Source: Candidatus Microgenomates bacterium (GTDB taxonomy: Bacteria; Patescibacteriota; Microgenomatia; UBA8517). From it: a stretch of DNA of 64,000 bases. Shown piece by piece: positions 47,637-57,842 of this stretch; within the stretch, counting starts at the first letter, position 1, and each line of letters begins with the position of its first letter. Position numbers and translations under genes: made by a program. The notes beneath the pieces are model-generated. The model was given only the letters and a program-made list of their open reading frames with translations, did no database searches and was not told the origin of the DNA. Location of the stretch: positions 20,547-84,546 of the forward strand of contig JADHUT010000001.1 in the NCBI GenBank assembly GCA_016784385.1, read 5' to 3'.

Positions 47637-48569
47637 TTATTCTGTAGTATATCTTTTCTTCTTTACTTCTGCAATCGTCACTCCAATGGCTATTATTATT
47701 CCTCCAATTATAAATACTGGGGTAATACTTTCTCCCAACCACAAAACTGCCAATGGCGCTGAAAATAGGGGGTATAGGTATGAAAAAACAGAAGCTTCTG
47801 ATATTTCAATGGTTTTTTGTGCTTTGTTGAAAAGGTAGTAAGCTAGGCTACCAGAAACAATTGCCATATACCAAACACCTGCTTGATTGATAAAGCTGAT
47901 ATTGAAAATAGTTTTTAATAACCCAGGGTTATTAAATAGTGCAAACGGGATGAGGGATATAAATCCTATTACAAAAGAGAGGTTGGCCAAAGTTGCTGGG
48001 TTTACACCCTTTCTAAGAAGTTTTTTTGCCATTACTGCAGCTATTGCCGCAATAATTACATATCCAAATATCAAAAAGTTACCTGTTAGTCTTGGTATTT
48101 CACTACCATTTTGTAATATCGGCCCCACTACCGTTAGAAATGATCCCAAAAGGGCTATAGACATTCCAATTTTTTCTCGTTTTGTTATTCTTTCTTTCAA
48201 AAATAGTACTCCCGCAACAGATATAACCAGAGGGTTGGTCAGGGTAATTAGGGAACTGTCCAGTACTGTAGTTTTGTCTAGCCCCAGAAATAATAATCCC
48301 AACGACACAGTAGAAGTTAGAAATCCATACAAAACTAAACTGAGAAGTGTTTTTGGATTTTTAGGTAAATGCCAACCTGTAAATGAAAAAAGTATTATTG
48401 CAAAAATTGTTGCTATTCCAAAACGATATGTTAGAAATGTTAGTGGATCAACACCCCCGAGAGTAAATTTAATAATAGGGGAGGCAATACCCCAGATAGC
48501 TGCTACCAATATTAATAATAAGTAGGCTTTAGCGCGAGGTTTTAGTGAAGTTATTTTAGAAGATTGCAT
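47637..48569 (-). CDS. EamA/DMT family transporter
   Basis: 10 predicted TM helices, duplicated EamA pattern. Confidence 0.75.
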   Translation of the reverse strand: MQSSKITSLKPRAKAYLLLILVAAIWGIASPIIKFTLGGVDPLTFLTYRFGIATIFAIILFSFTGWHLPKNPKTLLSLVLYGFLTSTVSLGLLFLGLDKTTVLDSSLITLTNPLVISVAGVLFLKERITKREKIGMSIALLGSFLTVVGPILQNGSEIPRLTGNFLIFGYVIIAAIAAVMAKKLLRKGVNPATLANLSFVIGFISLIPFALFNNPGLLKTIFNISFINQAGVWYMAIVSGSLAYYLFNKAQKTIEISEASVFSYLYPLFSAPLAVLWLGESITPVFIIGGIIIAIGVTIAEVKKKRYTTE

Positions 48570-49828
48570 ACTTCTTCAATTGTAACTTTCTTTTGTTCTT
48601 TTGTCTTCATGTTTTTTAGGGTCACAAGTTTATTTTTCACCTCTTCGGGTCCGATTATTACAACATATGGAATTTGTTTTTTGTCAGCATATTTTAGCTG
48701 TTTGTCTAAACGAGTGTTTTCATCAGGAAATAATTCTGTGTTTATTCCATTATCTCTTAATTCTCTGGCGATTTTTATAGAACTCTCAAGCTGTTGTGGT
48801 GAAAATACAGAAACCAAAACATCGGACTGAACAGTTTTAAGAACAGGATATTTTTTGAAAAATCTTAGAACCTCTTCTATAACCATATCTCCCATCGCAA
48901 AACCAACACCTGCAATCTTTTGTTTTCCACCGACATCTGATGTTAAGTTGTCGTATCTGCCTCCACCCCATATCGACCTAAAACTTACTTCTTTTACCCA
49001 ACCTTCAAAAACGGTTTTTGTATAATAATCTAATCCTCGGACAATTGAAGGGTCAAATTCTATGTATTCTGACACACCAAATAATTTCAACCTATTTTTT
49101 ATACCCATTAACCAATCGGATTTCTCGTAGAGTTTTGTGTTGTTGGTCATAGCGATGATATCTTTTGTTTGTTTATTTGAAAGATCTTGATCAAGGAGCA
49201 ATTTTTCAAATATCTCTTTGCCCACTTTATATTTTTTATCGATTATTTTCAGTATTGCTTTTGTCTTGTCTTCAGCAACACCAATTTCTGACAAAGAGTT
49301 TAAAATTAATTCTCTGTCGTTTACTTTAATTACAACCTCCTTCGGGGTGAGCCCAAGCTCCTTATAAAAAGTTGCTGCAATAGCGATAGCTTCAGTGTCG
49401 GACAGAAGGCTATTTGATCCCAATATATCCACGTCCCATTGAAAAAACTCACGACCCCTTCCTTTTTGGGGTTGTTCGTATCTAAACCTTCTTCCGTAAG
49501 TAAACCACTTGACAGGAAAAGTTAACGAGCCTTCTTTCTGGACAATCATTTTTGCAAGTGTGGGGGTCATTTCGGGTCGTAAGGCAATTGTTCTGTCTGA
49601 GTTGTCTTTCCACGTAAACGCTTGTTTTTTTACCAACTCTTCACCTGATTTTGCAGCGTATAAATCTAGAGACTCCACAGTTGGCCCTTCATACTCTTGG
49701 AACCCAAAAGCTTCAGAGACTTTTTTTATTTTTCCATACAGCCACGACTGAAAGGCCATATCTTCTGGATAGAAATCCCTAAATCCTTTTAATGTTTGTA
49801 ATTTATTTTTCTTCATACATCCTTTCAA
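48551..49828 (-). CDS. hisS: histidyl-tRNA synthetase
   Basis: class II aaRS motifs plus anticodon-binding domain. Confidence 0.9.
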   Translation of the reverse strand: MKGCMKKNKLQTLKGFRDFYPEDMAFQSWLYGKIKKVSEAFGFQEYEGPTVESLDLYAAKSGEELVKKQAFTWKDNSDRTIALRPEMTPTLAKMIVQKEGSLTFPVKWFTYGRRFRYEQPQKGRGREFFQWDVDILGSNSLLSDTEAIAIAATFYKELGLTPKEVVIKVNDRELILNSLSEIGVAEDKTKAILKIIDKKYKVGKEIFEKLLLDQDLSNKQTKDIIAMTNNTKLYEKSDWLMGIKNRLKLFGVSEYIEFDPSIVRGLDYYTKTVFEGWVKEVSFRSIWGGGRYDNLTSDVGGKQKIAGVGFAMGDMVIEEVLRFFKKYPVLKTVQSDVLVSVFSPQQLESSIKIARELRDNGINTELFPDENTRLDKQLKYADKKQIPYVVIIGPEEVKNKLVTLKNMKTKEQKKVTIEEVCNLLK

Positions 49829-50186
49829 GTATTTGGTTTATATTACAACATTTATTAACTCTAAAGAAAGTAATGCCTGCGTTTTTTGCAAAGTAAAAAT
49901 CTTTTTTCGTATCTCCAACATAAGCAATTATTGGTAATATTGGAAATAGTTTTGGATTGGGTTTTTTAAGGATTGAGTCCTCAGAGGTGATAATAGTGGA
50001 GAATAATTTATTTATACCCAGTTTTGACAAAATGTTCATTGTTTCAGTTTTTTTTGCTCCGGTTATTATCCCGAGATTGTATTTAGTTGAAATTTTTAGT
50101 AACAATTCTTTTTTCACCAGAAGTTTAGCAGGTCTCATTTTCACAATTGTTCCAGCAAAATCAAAGATTATATATTTTTTTAGCAT
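49803..50186 (-). CDS. HAD-like hydrolase (short, motif I variant FDFAGT)
   Basis: HAD motif I-like IFDFAGT and C-terminal GDTKKD. Confidence 0.5.
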   Translation of the reverse strand: MLKKYIIFDFAGTIVKMRPAKLLVKKELLLKISTKYNLGIITGAKKTETMNILSKLGINKLFSTIITSEDSILKKPNPKLFPILPIIAYVGDTKKDFYFAKNAGITFFRVNKCCNINQILERMYEEK

Positions 50187-51451
50187 GGTATAGGTATAGT
50201 ATTAAAATCTCCATCACTTATGATTTTTTCTTCTGATACAGAAACCATTGTTCCCGCGACCCTGTTATTTATGATCCAAACATTGAATTTGCTGTTTGGT
50301 TTTTTTATTAAGGCAGGTTTGTTGGACGATGTGTCAAAAACAAACATTGGTTGTACCTCTGACGAAGTGAGTGCTGGTTGAAGGATATACTCATTCGGAA
50401 ACATTAATGCATCTTCCCACAAGTTTGAAAACATCTCAGTATTAGATATTGCAACTTGTCGTGAGGAAAAACCATCACCCTTTAATACCCAACTTGGGGT
50501 ATTGAGATCTATACCCAATGAATCATATTCGGGAAAGTTGTATGAAGGACAAAAGAGATCCGGCCTTTTTAAGTATGCTTCGGTTAGAACTGGCTTTTTA
50601 TCAAACCTTGGATTTAAAGATGGAAAAACAGTGATTTGTGTATTGTTGAAGACAGACTTTACCCAGTCTGGCACTTCAGACCCCCTAATCATGCTAGGAT
50701 CCCCGTCAAAGTAGATTGAAGGGAAAGTTTTTATATATTCAGACCTGTATTTTTCCGGATCTAGTATCTCAACATATGAAAACAAATCTGAAGCTTTCAT
50801 TCTTTCAGCCATTCTTTCGAGCGATTTTGTTTCACCCGTACTACGAGATCCGGAAGCCGTGTTTATGTATATTATCCCAAGTTTCTGCCTAGATCTATAT
50901 TGGTCAGAGAGAAGTTTTGTGGGACTAGTATCAATATTTCCTAAAACGACTTTTTTTAACCCTTCTAATATTTGTATTCCGTCTACCCACTGGGTATTTA
51001 TTTCTATTATTTTTGGTCCCTCGTCTGTTAACACAATATCAACCCTTGCAGCATTGGGTTTACGTGATATATCAGATAGATATTTTTCCGTAGCGGTCAT
51101 ATCTTGGGTGGGGGGTGTGCATTCCTTCAGACATATTAACCCTTCTCTTGCTACGGTTTCAATGTTTTTTAACGTTTTTTTTGGAAGTTTAAAAGGTGTA
51201 ACACAAAAATTTATTGCAGAATTCCCAAATATGGCACCCTCATCTTCAAGTTTGCCCTGCATGATCACTGATTTTGCTGAATAATCTAGAGCTTCTAGTT
51301 TAATTGATCCGAGTTCTTCAAACAATCTTGCTCTACTGCTTAATTCTGTTCTCGATGACGCAGCTTCTGATTTTAATGATCGTGCAATAGTAATCTTTTG
51401 TTTTCTGGCCCTTCTTAGAAATTTAGGTGTTTTTACATAAGAATTTTCCAT
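50180..51451 (-). CDS. ATP-grasp domain protein with about 230-aa C-terminal extension
   Basis: ATP-grasp signature ARVDIVLTDEGPKIIEINTQ; start moved to Met 51451 because longer ORF overlaps tRNA-His. Confidence 0.5.
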   Translation of the reverse strand: MENSYVKTPKFLRRARKQKITIARSLKSEAASSRTELSSRARLFEELGSIKLEALDYSAKSVIMQGKLEDEGAIFGNSAINFCVTPFKLPKKTLKNIETVAREGLICLKECTPPTQDMTATEKYLSDISRKPNAARVDIVLTDEGPKIIEINTQWVDGIQILEGLKKVVLGNIDTSPTKLLSDQYRSRQKLGIIYINTASGSRSTGETKSLERMAERMKASDLFSYVEILDPEKYRSEYIKTFPSIYFDGDPSMIRGSEVPDWVKSVFNNTQITVFPSLNPRFDKKPVLTEAYLKRPDLFCPSYNFPEYDSLGIDLNTPSWVLKGDGFSSRQVAISNTEMFSNLWEDALMFPNEYILQPALTSSEVQPMFVFDTSSNKPALIKKPNSKFNVWIINNRVAGTMVSVSEEKIISDGDFNTIPIPC

Positions 51452-51526
51452 AGCGGCGCTGAACTCACTTTTTATAAGTAGTTCCGCTTGTGAGGCAGTG
51501 ATAAATTTATTAAATTCCCTCATAGG

Positions 51527-51599
51527 GGAGAGTGAAGGGAGTCGAACCCTCATTTTTGGCTCCACAAGCCAATGCTTTAACCGTTAAGCTACACCCTCC
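51527..51599 (-). tRNA. trnH: tRNA-His (anticodon GTG) with encoded G-1
   Basis: minus strand G-GAGGGTGTAGCTTAACGGTTAAAGCATTGGCTTGTGGAGCCAAAAATGAGGGTTCGACTCCCTTCACTCTCC; G-1:C73. Confidence 0.85.
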
Positions 51600-51604
51600 A
51601 AACA

Positions 51605-51676
51605 ACAAAAAACCCTCGTTCCAATCACCAAAGCACGTAAGCTTTAGTAAGGAACGAGGGTTCTCATTTTGTTTTT
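51605..51676. terminator. bidirectional rho-independent terminator-like hairpin
   Basis: ccctcgttcc..28 nt..ggaacgaggg followed by ttctcattttgttttt; aaaaaa precedes on the other strand. Confidence 0.6.
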
Positions 51677-51920
51677 AAACAAAAAAAGAGACCTCCGCGG
51701 TCCCATCCTTGTTCCGTAAATTTTATAATAATTTTGAGCTATGCTCTTAAACTAGTTTATTTGTTTACGGCTCTTGATCCATCTCCACTTTTGACTGCGA
51801 CAATGGTTGGTATCTTTTTACACTTTTCCCTGTGTTCTCGATTTTGCGAGACTCCTTGTGGATCGTGACTCCACTCAAACGGATGTATTTAAATGTGAGA
51901 AAGTAGTATATCAGTTAAAA

Positions 51921-52889
51921 TTACTCTGTCAAGTTTTTCTCAATTGTGAAATTTGACAATACAAAGATAGTTCGAAGAGATAAGATTTTTTCTTGTATTG
52001 TTCCGACTATAATTAGTTCCATTCCAACTTCCAAGTCTGCGATATTAGGCCCAACCCAAGTTTTTGGAAAGTCCAGTGAAATTGTTTCTCCCTGTTGGTT
52101 TGTAAAACTGACATTCTTTTTTTCAATTTCAGAAATGGTTGACCAGACAGCTTGGTTTACATTGTCCTCAATAGGCTTTGTTATAAGTATTCTTTTAGTG
52201 TCCAAAACTTCATTGCCATTTTTAAATCCCATCGCGACTATAAAATCCCCAATTGCCAAGTCTACGTCTGATACATATGAAGTAAGCTCCGTTACCATGA
52301 TTTGTTGTATTCCATTGTCATCCGATCTTATTTGAATAGTGCTGTCTGCAATGTCAGTGACAGTACCAAAATATGAGGTTGGTTGATTTAATGTTGAATC
52401 AAGTTTTTGCTGCACTTTTTCTCTTACAGTACTTGCCGATGAGGTGGATGTTTCGTCGTCATTTAGGTATTTTTCAAATTCTGAAGAGTAGACAATATTG
52501 AGTTTTGTGGTTGCACTTTGACCATTAGCATTAAATGCTGTGATATTAATTATATTTAATCCACCAGCTAGTGTTATTTCTTTTTGGAAAGATCCGTCTC
52601 GACCAGTTTGTTCTTGAAAGTCCTTTGATTCTGTTGAAATAATTATTGTAGAACCTTGTTTTGTAAGCCCCTCAATTGTGATCTTTTCATCTACAGAAAC
52701 ACTCAAGTTGGAAGGTTTTGCGATAGTAACTGAAAATGATGCATCGGGGGTTGGAGAGGAGGAGGTTTGAACGTCTGTATTTGTTGAACCACCACTTTTC
52801 AAGTTAGCCGTTAGTCTCCAAACACCAAACGCCAATACAAGCCCTGCGGCTACTCCTGCAAAAATTGCTAAAAATACTTCTTTTTTCAT
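51921..52889 (-). CDS. hypothetical membrane-anchored extracellular protein
   Basis: start at MKKEVFLAIFAG signal-anchor; S/T-rich. Confidence 0.45.
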   Translation of the reverse strand: MKKEVFLAIFAGVAAGLVLAFGVWRLTANLKSGGSTNTDVQTSSSPTPDASFSVTIAKPSNLSVSVDEKITIEGLTKQGSTIIISTESKDFQEQTGRDGSFQKEITLAGGLNIINITAFNANGQSATTKLNIVYSSEFEKYLNDDETSTSSASTVREKVQQKLDSTLNQPTSYFGTVTDIADSTIQIRSDDNGIQQIMVTELTSYVSDVDLAIGDFIVAMGFKNGNEVLDTKRILITKPIEDNVNQAVWSTISEIEKKNVSFTNQQGETISLDFPKTWVGPNIADLEVGMELIIVGTIQEKILSLRTIFVLSNFTIEKNLTE

Positions 52890-52969
52890 CTCATGCCCAC
52901 TTTGTTGAGAGGCAGGGCCTAATATAGTTACACTTTGTCCTCTTGTCAAGCTAGCAGCTCTTTGTTAGT

Positions 52970-53656
52970 ATGGCAGAAAGCAACATGGATATTACATATT
53001 TAGGACATTCTTCATTCAAGATAAAAGGAAAAACTGCTGTTGTGGTTACAGATCCATTTGACCCAAATGCAGTTGGTTTGAAGTTTCCCAAGATAGAAGC
53101 AGACATAGTAACCTCTTCACATGATCATGATGATCACAGAAAGCTAAGTTTAGTTGATAACTACAAAAAAGCATTTATTGGTCCTGGAGAATATGAAGTG
53201 ATGGGAGTGTCTTTTATAGGTATACCTTCGTTGTTTGGAATCCCTTCTTTCCATGACACTAAAAACGGAGAAGAGAGAGGTAAAAATACAATCTTTGTAA
53301 TAGAAGTTGACGGTATTAGAATTTGCCACTTAGGAGATTTGGGACACAAATTGTCAGAAGGTCAACTCAAAAAAATTGGAGATATTGATGTACTTTTAAT
53401 TCCTGTTGGTGGTGAATATACAATTGATAGTAAATTGGCAGTTGTTGTGATGCAACAAATTGAAGCCACTTATGTTATCCCAATGCATTATCAAGTGGAG
53501 GGACTTAAGCCGTCTACTTTTAAAAAACTCCAACCAGTAGAAACTTTTCTAAAAGAAAGTGGAATGACCGTTGAGAAATTAAACAAATTAACCATAAAAG
53601 AGGAAATGATGATAGACGATCAACCTGCCTCAATCGTCGTAATGGATACAAAATAA
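52970..53656 (+). CDS. MBL-fold metallo-hydrolase
   Basis: HxHxDH motif SSHDHDDH. Confidence 0.8.
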   Translation: MAESNMDITYLGHSSFKIKGKTAVVVTDPFDPNAVGLKFPKIEADIVTSSHDHDDHRKLSLVDNYKKAFIGPGEYEVMGVSFIGIPSLFGIPSFHDTKNGEERGKNTIFVIEVDGIRICHLGDLGHKLSEGQLKKIGDIDVLLIPVGGEYTIDSKLAVVVMQQIEATYVIPMHYQVEGLKPSTFKKLQPVETFLKESGMTVEKLNKLTIKEEMMIDDQPASIVVMDTK

Positions 53657-53680
53657 GAGTAATAAATTATCAAAAAATAT

Positions 53681-54991
53681 ATGGCAGATCAGTTACGAGT
53701 ACCTCCTCATTCTACAGAGGCAGAAAGCAGTGTTTTGGGAGCACTTCTATTGGACAAAGATGCAATCATTGCAGTTGCTGAATTTTTGAAAGGGGAAGAC
53801 TTCTACGACGAGCGGCACAAACAAATTTACGGCGCAATACTATCTCTTTTCGAAGAAAGAACTCCAGTTGATGTATTGACAGTAACTGAGCGACTAAAAA
53901 AGAAAAAGGTTTTAAAAAATGTTGGTGGAGCCACATATTTATCTCAACTCACAAACAGAGTTCCAACAGCAGCGCATGTTGAGCATTATGGAAAAATAGT
54001 TAGAGACACTGCAACAAAAAGAGCATTAATGACTGCAGCAACTCGCTTGGTTGATTTTTCAATGGACGAAGGGCTAACTGCAGCCGATCTTATGGACAAA
54101 GCAGAGTCAGAAGTTTTTTCAATTTCTCAAAAAAATATTTCGAAAGCGTTTACTTCTGTAAAAGACACCCTCGCTGAAAGCTTTGATAGATTAGACGAAC
54201 TCCACAAACAAGGAGAAGGTCTAAGGGGTGTTCCTACAGGATTTGCCGATCTTGATAGTGCACTCGCTGGATTTCAAAAAAGCAATTTAATAATACTAGC
54301 TGCAAGACCCGGCGTTGGAAAAACTGCTATGTCTTTAGGGTTTGCACAACACATAGCAGTAAAAGAAAAAAGGCCTGTTGGATTTTTCTCTCTTGAAATG
54401 AGCAAAGAAGAATTAGTAGACAGACTGTTGGTTGCACAAGCAGATATTGATGCATGGAAGCTTAAAACCGGGAAACTTTCAGAAAGCGACTTTACTAAGC
54501 TTTCTAACGCCATGGGAGAGCTTGCAGAAGCCCCACTTTTCATAGACGATACACCAGCACTATCTATACTTGAAATGAGAACAAAAGCAAGAAGACTGCA
54601 GGTTGATAGTGGTGTTGATTTGATAGTTGTTGATTACCTCCAACTTGCAAGAAGTAGGGGGTTGGAAAATAGAGTGCAGGAAGTAAGTGAAATTGCAGAA
54701 GGACTTAAAAATCTAGCCCGTGAACTTAAAGTTCCAGTAATAGCTCTCTCCCAACTTTCCAGAGGTATAGAACAAAGGGGGGTGAAAAGACCACAACTTT
54801 CGGATCTTCGTGACTCAGGAGGCATAGAACAAGCAGCGGATGTAGTTATGTTTTTGTGGAGAGAAGATGATGAAAAGATTGAAAATATAAAACTTGATAT
54901 AGCAAAACACAGAAACGGTCCACTAGCGTCAGTTCCATTATTCTTCAAGGGAGACAGGATTAAATTTTTTCCAAGAGATACAAAACATTAA
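53681..54991 (+). CDS. dnaB: replicative DNA helicase
   Basis: full-length DnaB, Walker A ARPGVGKT. Confidence 0.95.
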   Translation: MADQLRVPPHSTEAESSVLGALLLDKDAIIAVAEFLKGEDFYDERHKQIYGAILSLFEERTPVDVLTVTERLKKKKVLKNVGGATYLSQLTNRVPTAAHVEHYGKIVRDTATKRALMTAATRLVDFSMDEGLTAADLMDKAESEVFSISQKNISKAFTSVKDTLAESFDRLDELHKQGEGLRGVPTGFADLDSALAGFQKSNLIILAARPGVGKTAMSLGFAQHIAVKEKRPVGFFSLEMSKEELVDRLLVAQADIDAWKLKTGKLSESDFTKLSNAMGELAEAPLFIDDTPALSILEMRTKARRLQVDSGVDLIVVDYLQLARSRGLENRVQEVSEIAEGLKNLARELKVPVIALSQLSRGIEQRGVKRPQLSDLRDSGGIEQAADVVMFLWREDDEKIENIKLDIAKHRNGPLASVPLFFKGDRIKFFPRDTKH

Positions 54992-55022
54992 AAGGGGATT
55001 GTTCACTCTCATTAATATTTTG

Positions 55023-55107
55023 TGCCGCGAGACGGACTCGAACCGTCACGAGGGTTTAACCTCACACGATTTTGAGTCGTGCGTGTCTACCATTCCACCA
55101 CCGCGGC
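55023..55107 (-). tRNA. trnL: tRNA-Leu (anticodon CAA), long variable arm
   Basis: minus strand GCCGCGGTGGTGGAATGGTAGACACGCACGACTCAAAATCGTGTGAGGTTAAACCCTCGTGACGGTTCGAGTCCGTCTCGCGGCA. Confidence 0.85.
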
Positions 55108-55161
55108 AAGTAATGTATTATCTCATTTGACAGCAAAGTTTTCAAAGTATAGATTATAAGT

Positions 55162-55425
55162 ATGGTTTCCAAAGCTTCAAAAACAACACAGGTCTCAGAA
55201 GGATTAGTGCAAAAGATAGTTGTTGATTCAGAAAAAAGACTTACTAAACAAATCGAAGAAATTGATAAAAAGAATGAAAAAAGATTTGATAAAGTCATGA
55301 ATCATTTAGATAAAATGGCTGGGGGATTTAAGAAGTTTGATGAAGAGCAGATCATGTTGTCAGGACAAATGTCTGATAGAACAGATAGAATTGAAAAACT
55401 TGAAACATTTGCCTTCTCAAATTAA
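55162..55425 (+). CDS. hypothetical coiled-coil protein (87 aa)
   Basis: ORF only. Confidence 0.35.
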   Translation: MVSKASKTTQVSEGLVQKIVVDSEKRLTKQIEEIDKKNEKRFDKVMNHLDKMAGGFKKFDEEQIMLSGQMSDRTDRIEKLETFAFSN

Positions 55426-55452
55426 AAATCTCCTGTTATAATTCTTCCTTGT

Positions 55453-56019
55453 ATGGCAACAATTAACGCTACTAGTTTAAGAGCAGGTACTGCATTTCTA
55501 TATGAAGGCAAACCTTTCAAAGTTACTAAATACTCTCTTATTAAAATGGGTAGAGGTGGAGCTACAGTAAAAGTAACTTGTGTAAACATAGAAACTGGAG
55601 CAAACATAGAACATGCTTTTTCTTCAAACCTTTCTTTTCAAAAAATTGAACTAATAAGAAATAGTTTGCAATATTTATACAAAGACGGAAAAACTGCATT
55701 TTTCATGAATCCTATTAATTACGAACAAGTTGAAGTTCCACTAACAGTTTTAGGAGATAGTATTTTTTATCTTAAAGAAGGTTCAAACGTAAATATAATG
55801 TTTTGGGATGATCGGGCAATGAGTGTTGATCTACCCCCTAAAGTAGTCTTAAAAGTTATTGAAGCAGACCCAGGAGTAAAGGGAAATTCAGCCAGTAATT
55901 TTTTAAAATCAGCTAAGCTTGAAAATGGCTTGGCTGTAAAAGTTCCGCTATTTATCAAAGTTGGAGAAATGATAAAAGTAGATACGAGAACAGGTGTATA
56001 CATAGAGAGAGCAAAATAA
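55453..56019 (+). CDS. efp: elongation factor P
   Basis: EF-P family, three-domain length, KMGRGGA loop. Confidence 0.9.
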   Translation: MATINATSLRAGTAFLYEGKPFKVTKYSLIKMGRGGATVKVTCVNIETGANIEHAFSSNLSFQKIELIRNSLQYLYKDGKTAFFMNPINYEQVEVPLTVLGDSIFYLKEGSNVNIMFWDDRAMSVDLPPKVVLKVIEADPGVKGNSASNFLKSAKLENGLAVKVPLFIKVGEMIKVDTRTGVYIERAK

Positions 56020-56032
56020 TTTTACAATTGTT

Positions 56033-56497
56033 TTACGACAGAAAAATCCAAAATAGAGTTGTGGCAACAGTTAAAACTTGAGTTGAAAGCCCCCAAAATA
56101 TAGTAGTATCCACCTGAATTGATTTTTGCAGTTTTATCCAATTTTTGAAAAATTTATGTCTCATTCCAAGGTAAAAGTATGGAGCTTCCAAAAGATCAGG
56201 TATCACTGATGCAAAACAACAAGCAAGTATTGTTAAAGTGTGGGCTGCACTAGATGAAGCTTGAAAGGCAATATAGCTTCCCAGTAGTAGTGATGTTGTT
56301 GCGTCGACTATGACCAAAGCTGTAGTTTTTTTTGTAGGTCTGCCGAATTTTCTTGTTTCTGTGTTTAGGTGAGGATTCCAGTGGGGAACCATGTCAAGGA
56401 AAAAATGGCTTGCAAATGAAAGGGGAATGGAAATCCATGGGTTAGGTATTTTAGTAGCGATTGCAGCGCCTAGGGCTACATGTGGAGTTTCCAGCAT
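56033..56497 (-). CDS. membrane-bound metal-dependent hydrolase (YdjM/DUF457-like)
   Basis: TM protein with conserved His/Asp (HFFLDMVPH). Confidence 0.5.
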   Translation of the reverse strand: MLETPHVALGAAIATKIPNPWISIPLSFASHFFLDMVPHWNPHLNTETRKFGRPTKKTTALVIVDATTSLLLGSYIAFQASSSAAHTLTILACCFASVIPDLLEAPYFYLGMRHKFFKNWIKLQKSIQVDTTIFWGLSTQVLTVATTLFWIFLS

Positions 56498-57111
56498 TAG
56501 ATTATGATATTATAAAGCTCGTGATAATTGCAAACATATTAGGAATTTTTGTTTTTCTGTTTGTCCTTTGGCACAGGTTAAGACAGGACTACCATTTTGA
56601 AAAAACCTTCACACTAGCCTTCTATACGCTGACAGGGGTTTTGATTTCGTATTTGGTTGCAAAACAGTTTTTCCCTGAGTTCTGGTTTTGGGTAGAATCC
56701 TTGGGTGTTTTAGTTGGTTTTAGTATTGGAGTAATCAGACAAAAAATGAGAGTGTATGAAAGCTTTGAGGGAGTACTGATAGGACTCTTGATTTGGCTGT
56801 CACTCACGTTTATGGCAGATTCAGTGGTTAATGCTTCTTTGGCTTCATTTTTAGCATTTTGGATAACAGTGTTTAGTGTGTTTTTGTTTTTCTTTTTGGA
56901 TGCCCACTACAGAAGATTTTCATGGTACAAGTCTGGGAGAGTTGGTTTTTCAGGTCTTGCGGTAACAGGTATATTTTTTTTGACAAGATCAGTGGTTGCA
57001 CTTTTAAATATCGCTGTGATATCCTTGGTTGGTAGTTTAGAAGGTATCTTGTCGGGGTCATTGTCTTTCATATCTTTTTTACTACTTTTTAATCTATCTC
57101 GGAAAAAATGA
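56461..57111 (+). CDS. hypothetical polytopic membrane protein
   Basis: 6 predicted TM; true start probably downstream of 56497. Confidence 0.4.
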   Translation: MQRLGLHVEFPALDYDIIKLVIIANILGIFVFLFVLWHRLRQDYHFEKTFTLAFYTLTGVLISYLVAKQFFPEFWFWVESLGVLVGFSIGVIRQKMRVYESFEGVLIGLLIWLSLTFMADSVVNASLASFLAFWITVFSVFLFFFLDAHYRRFSWYKSGRVGFSGLAVTGIFFLTRSVVALLNIAVISLVGSLEGILSGSLSFISFLLLFNLSRKK

Positions 57112-57530
57112 AAAAAACAAAAAAACAAAATAAAAAAACACCAGTAAAAACAAAAGTTCCTAAAAATCAGATTAGGTTTCCAGCAAGACTACTCCGTCCA
57201 GTTGCCATGTTTTTGAGAGAAAATTTAAATAAAATAAACATCAGAACCAAAAATATTTCTTCAGAAGATCCATTTGTAAATACAGCAAGGATACATGACA
57301 ACGCAAGCCCCGATGCAGATGCAGAAGAGCAATTCGGCCATGCAAGAGTCACAGCTATTAAAGAAGAGCTTAACAAAAAGTCAACACAAATTAAAAAAGC
57401 TTTGAAATTTATAAAAAAAGGAAAATATGGCACTTGTGAAGATTGTCAAAAACTCATAAACACAGACAGGCTTTCAGTGGTTCCAGAAGCCACCCTTTGT
57501 GTCTCCTGCGAGAAGAAGAGAGAGAAGTAG
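57108..57530 (+). CDS. dksA: DksA/TraR family C4-type zinc-finger protein
   Basis: C-terminal CEDCQKLINTDRLSVVPEATLCVSC Cys4. Confidence 0.7.
   Translation: MKKTKKQNKKTPVKTKVPKNQIRFPARLLRPVAMFLRENLNKINIRTKNISSEDPFVNTARIHDNASPDADAEEQFGHARVTAIKEELNKKSTQIKKALKFIKKGKYGTCEDCQKLINTDRLSVVPEATLCVSCEKKREK
57508..57529 (+). repeat. 22-bp direct repeat copy 1 (3' end of dksA-like gene)
   Basis: gcgagaagaagagagagaagta identical to 58233-58254. Confidence 0.8.
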
Positions 57531-57581
57531 ACACTCCTTGTATTGACAGACGTTTCCTTGCTGTAGTATAATTTCCTTACT

Positions 57582-57842
57582 ATGACATATTTAGCTACCA
57601 TAACAAGCAAAAGACAATTTACTATTCCTGTGGAAGTTTTTAAATTGGCAAAATTAAAAGCCAACCAAAAAGTTTTGGTTTCGTTAGAAGATTCGAAATT
57701 GGGGGCTTTTAAGGTGCAATCAATGAGACAATTAGTTGAGGATATGGCAGGTTCTGTTCCAGTAGCAAAAGAATACAAAGGCTTAAGTTTAAACCACATG
57801 GTTGAAAAGTCTAGAAACGATTATTATAAAAACGAAAAATGA
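57582..57842 (+). CDS. SpoVT/AbrB-type antitoxin
   Basis: TITSKRQFTIPVEVFKLAKLKANQKVLV; overlaps PIN gene by 4 nt. Confidence 0.6.
   Translation: MTYLATITSKRQFTIPVEVFKLAKLKANQKVLVSLEDSKLGAFKVQSMRQLVEDMAGSVPVAKEYKGLSLNHMVEKSRNDYYKNEK

Noticed and set aside
55062-55298. 78-aa minus-strand ORF
   Set aside because: Overlaps tRNA-Leu(CAA).
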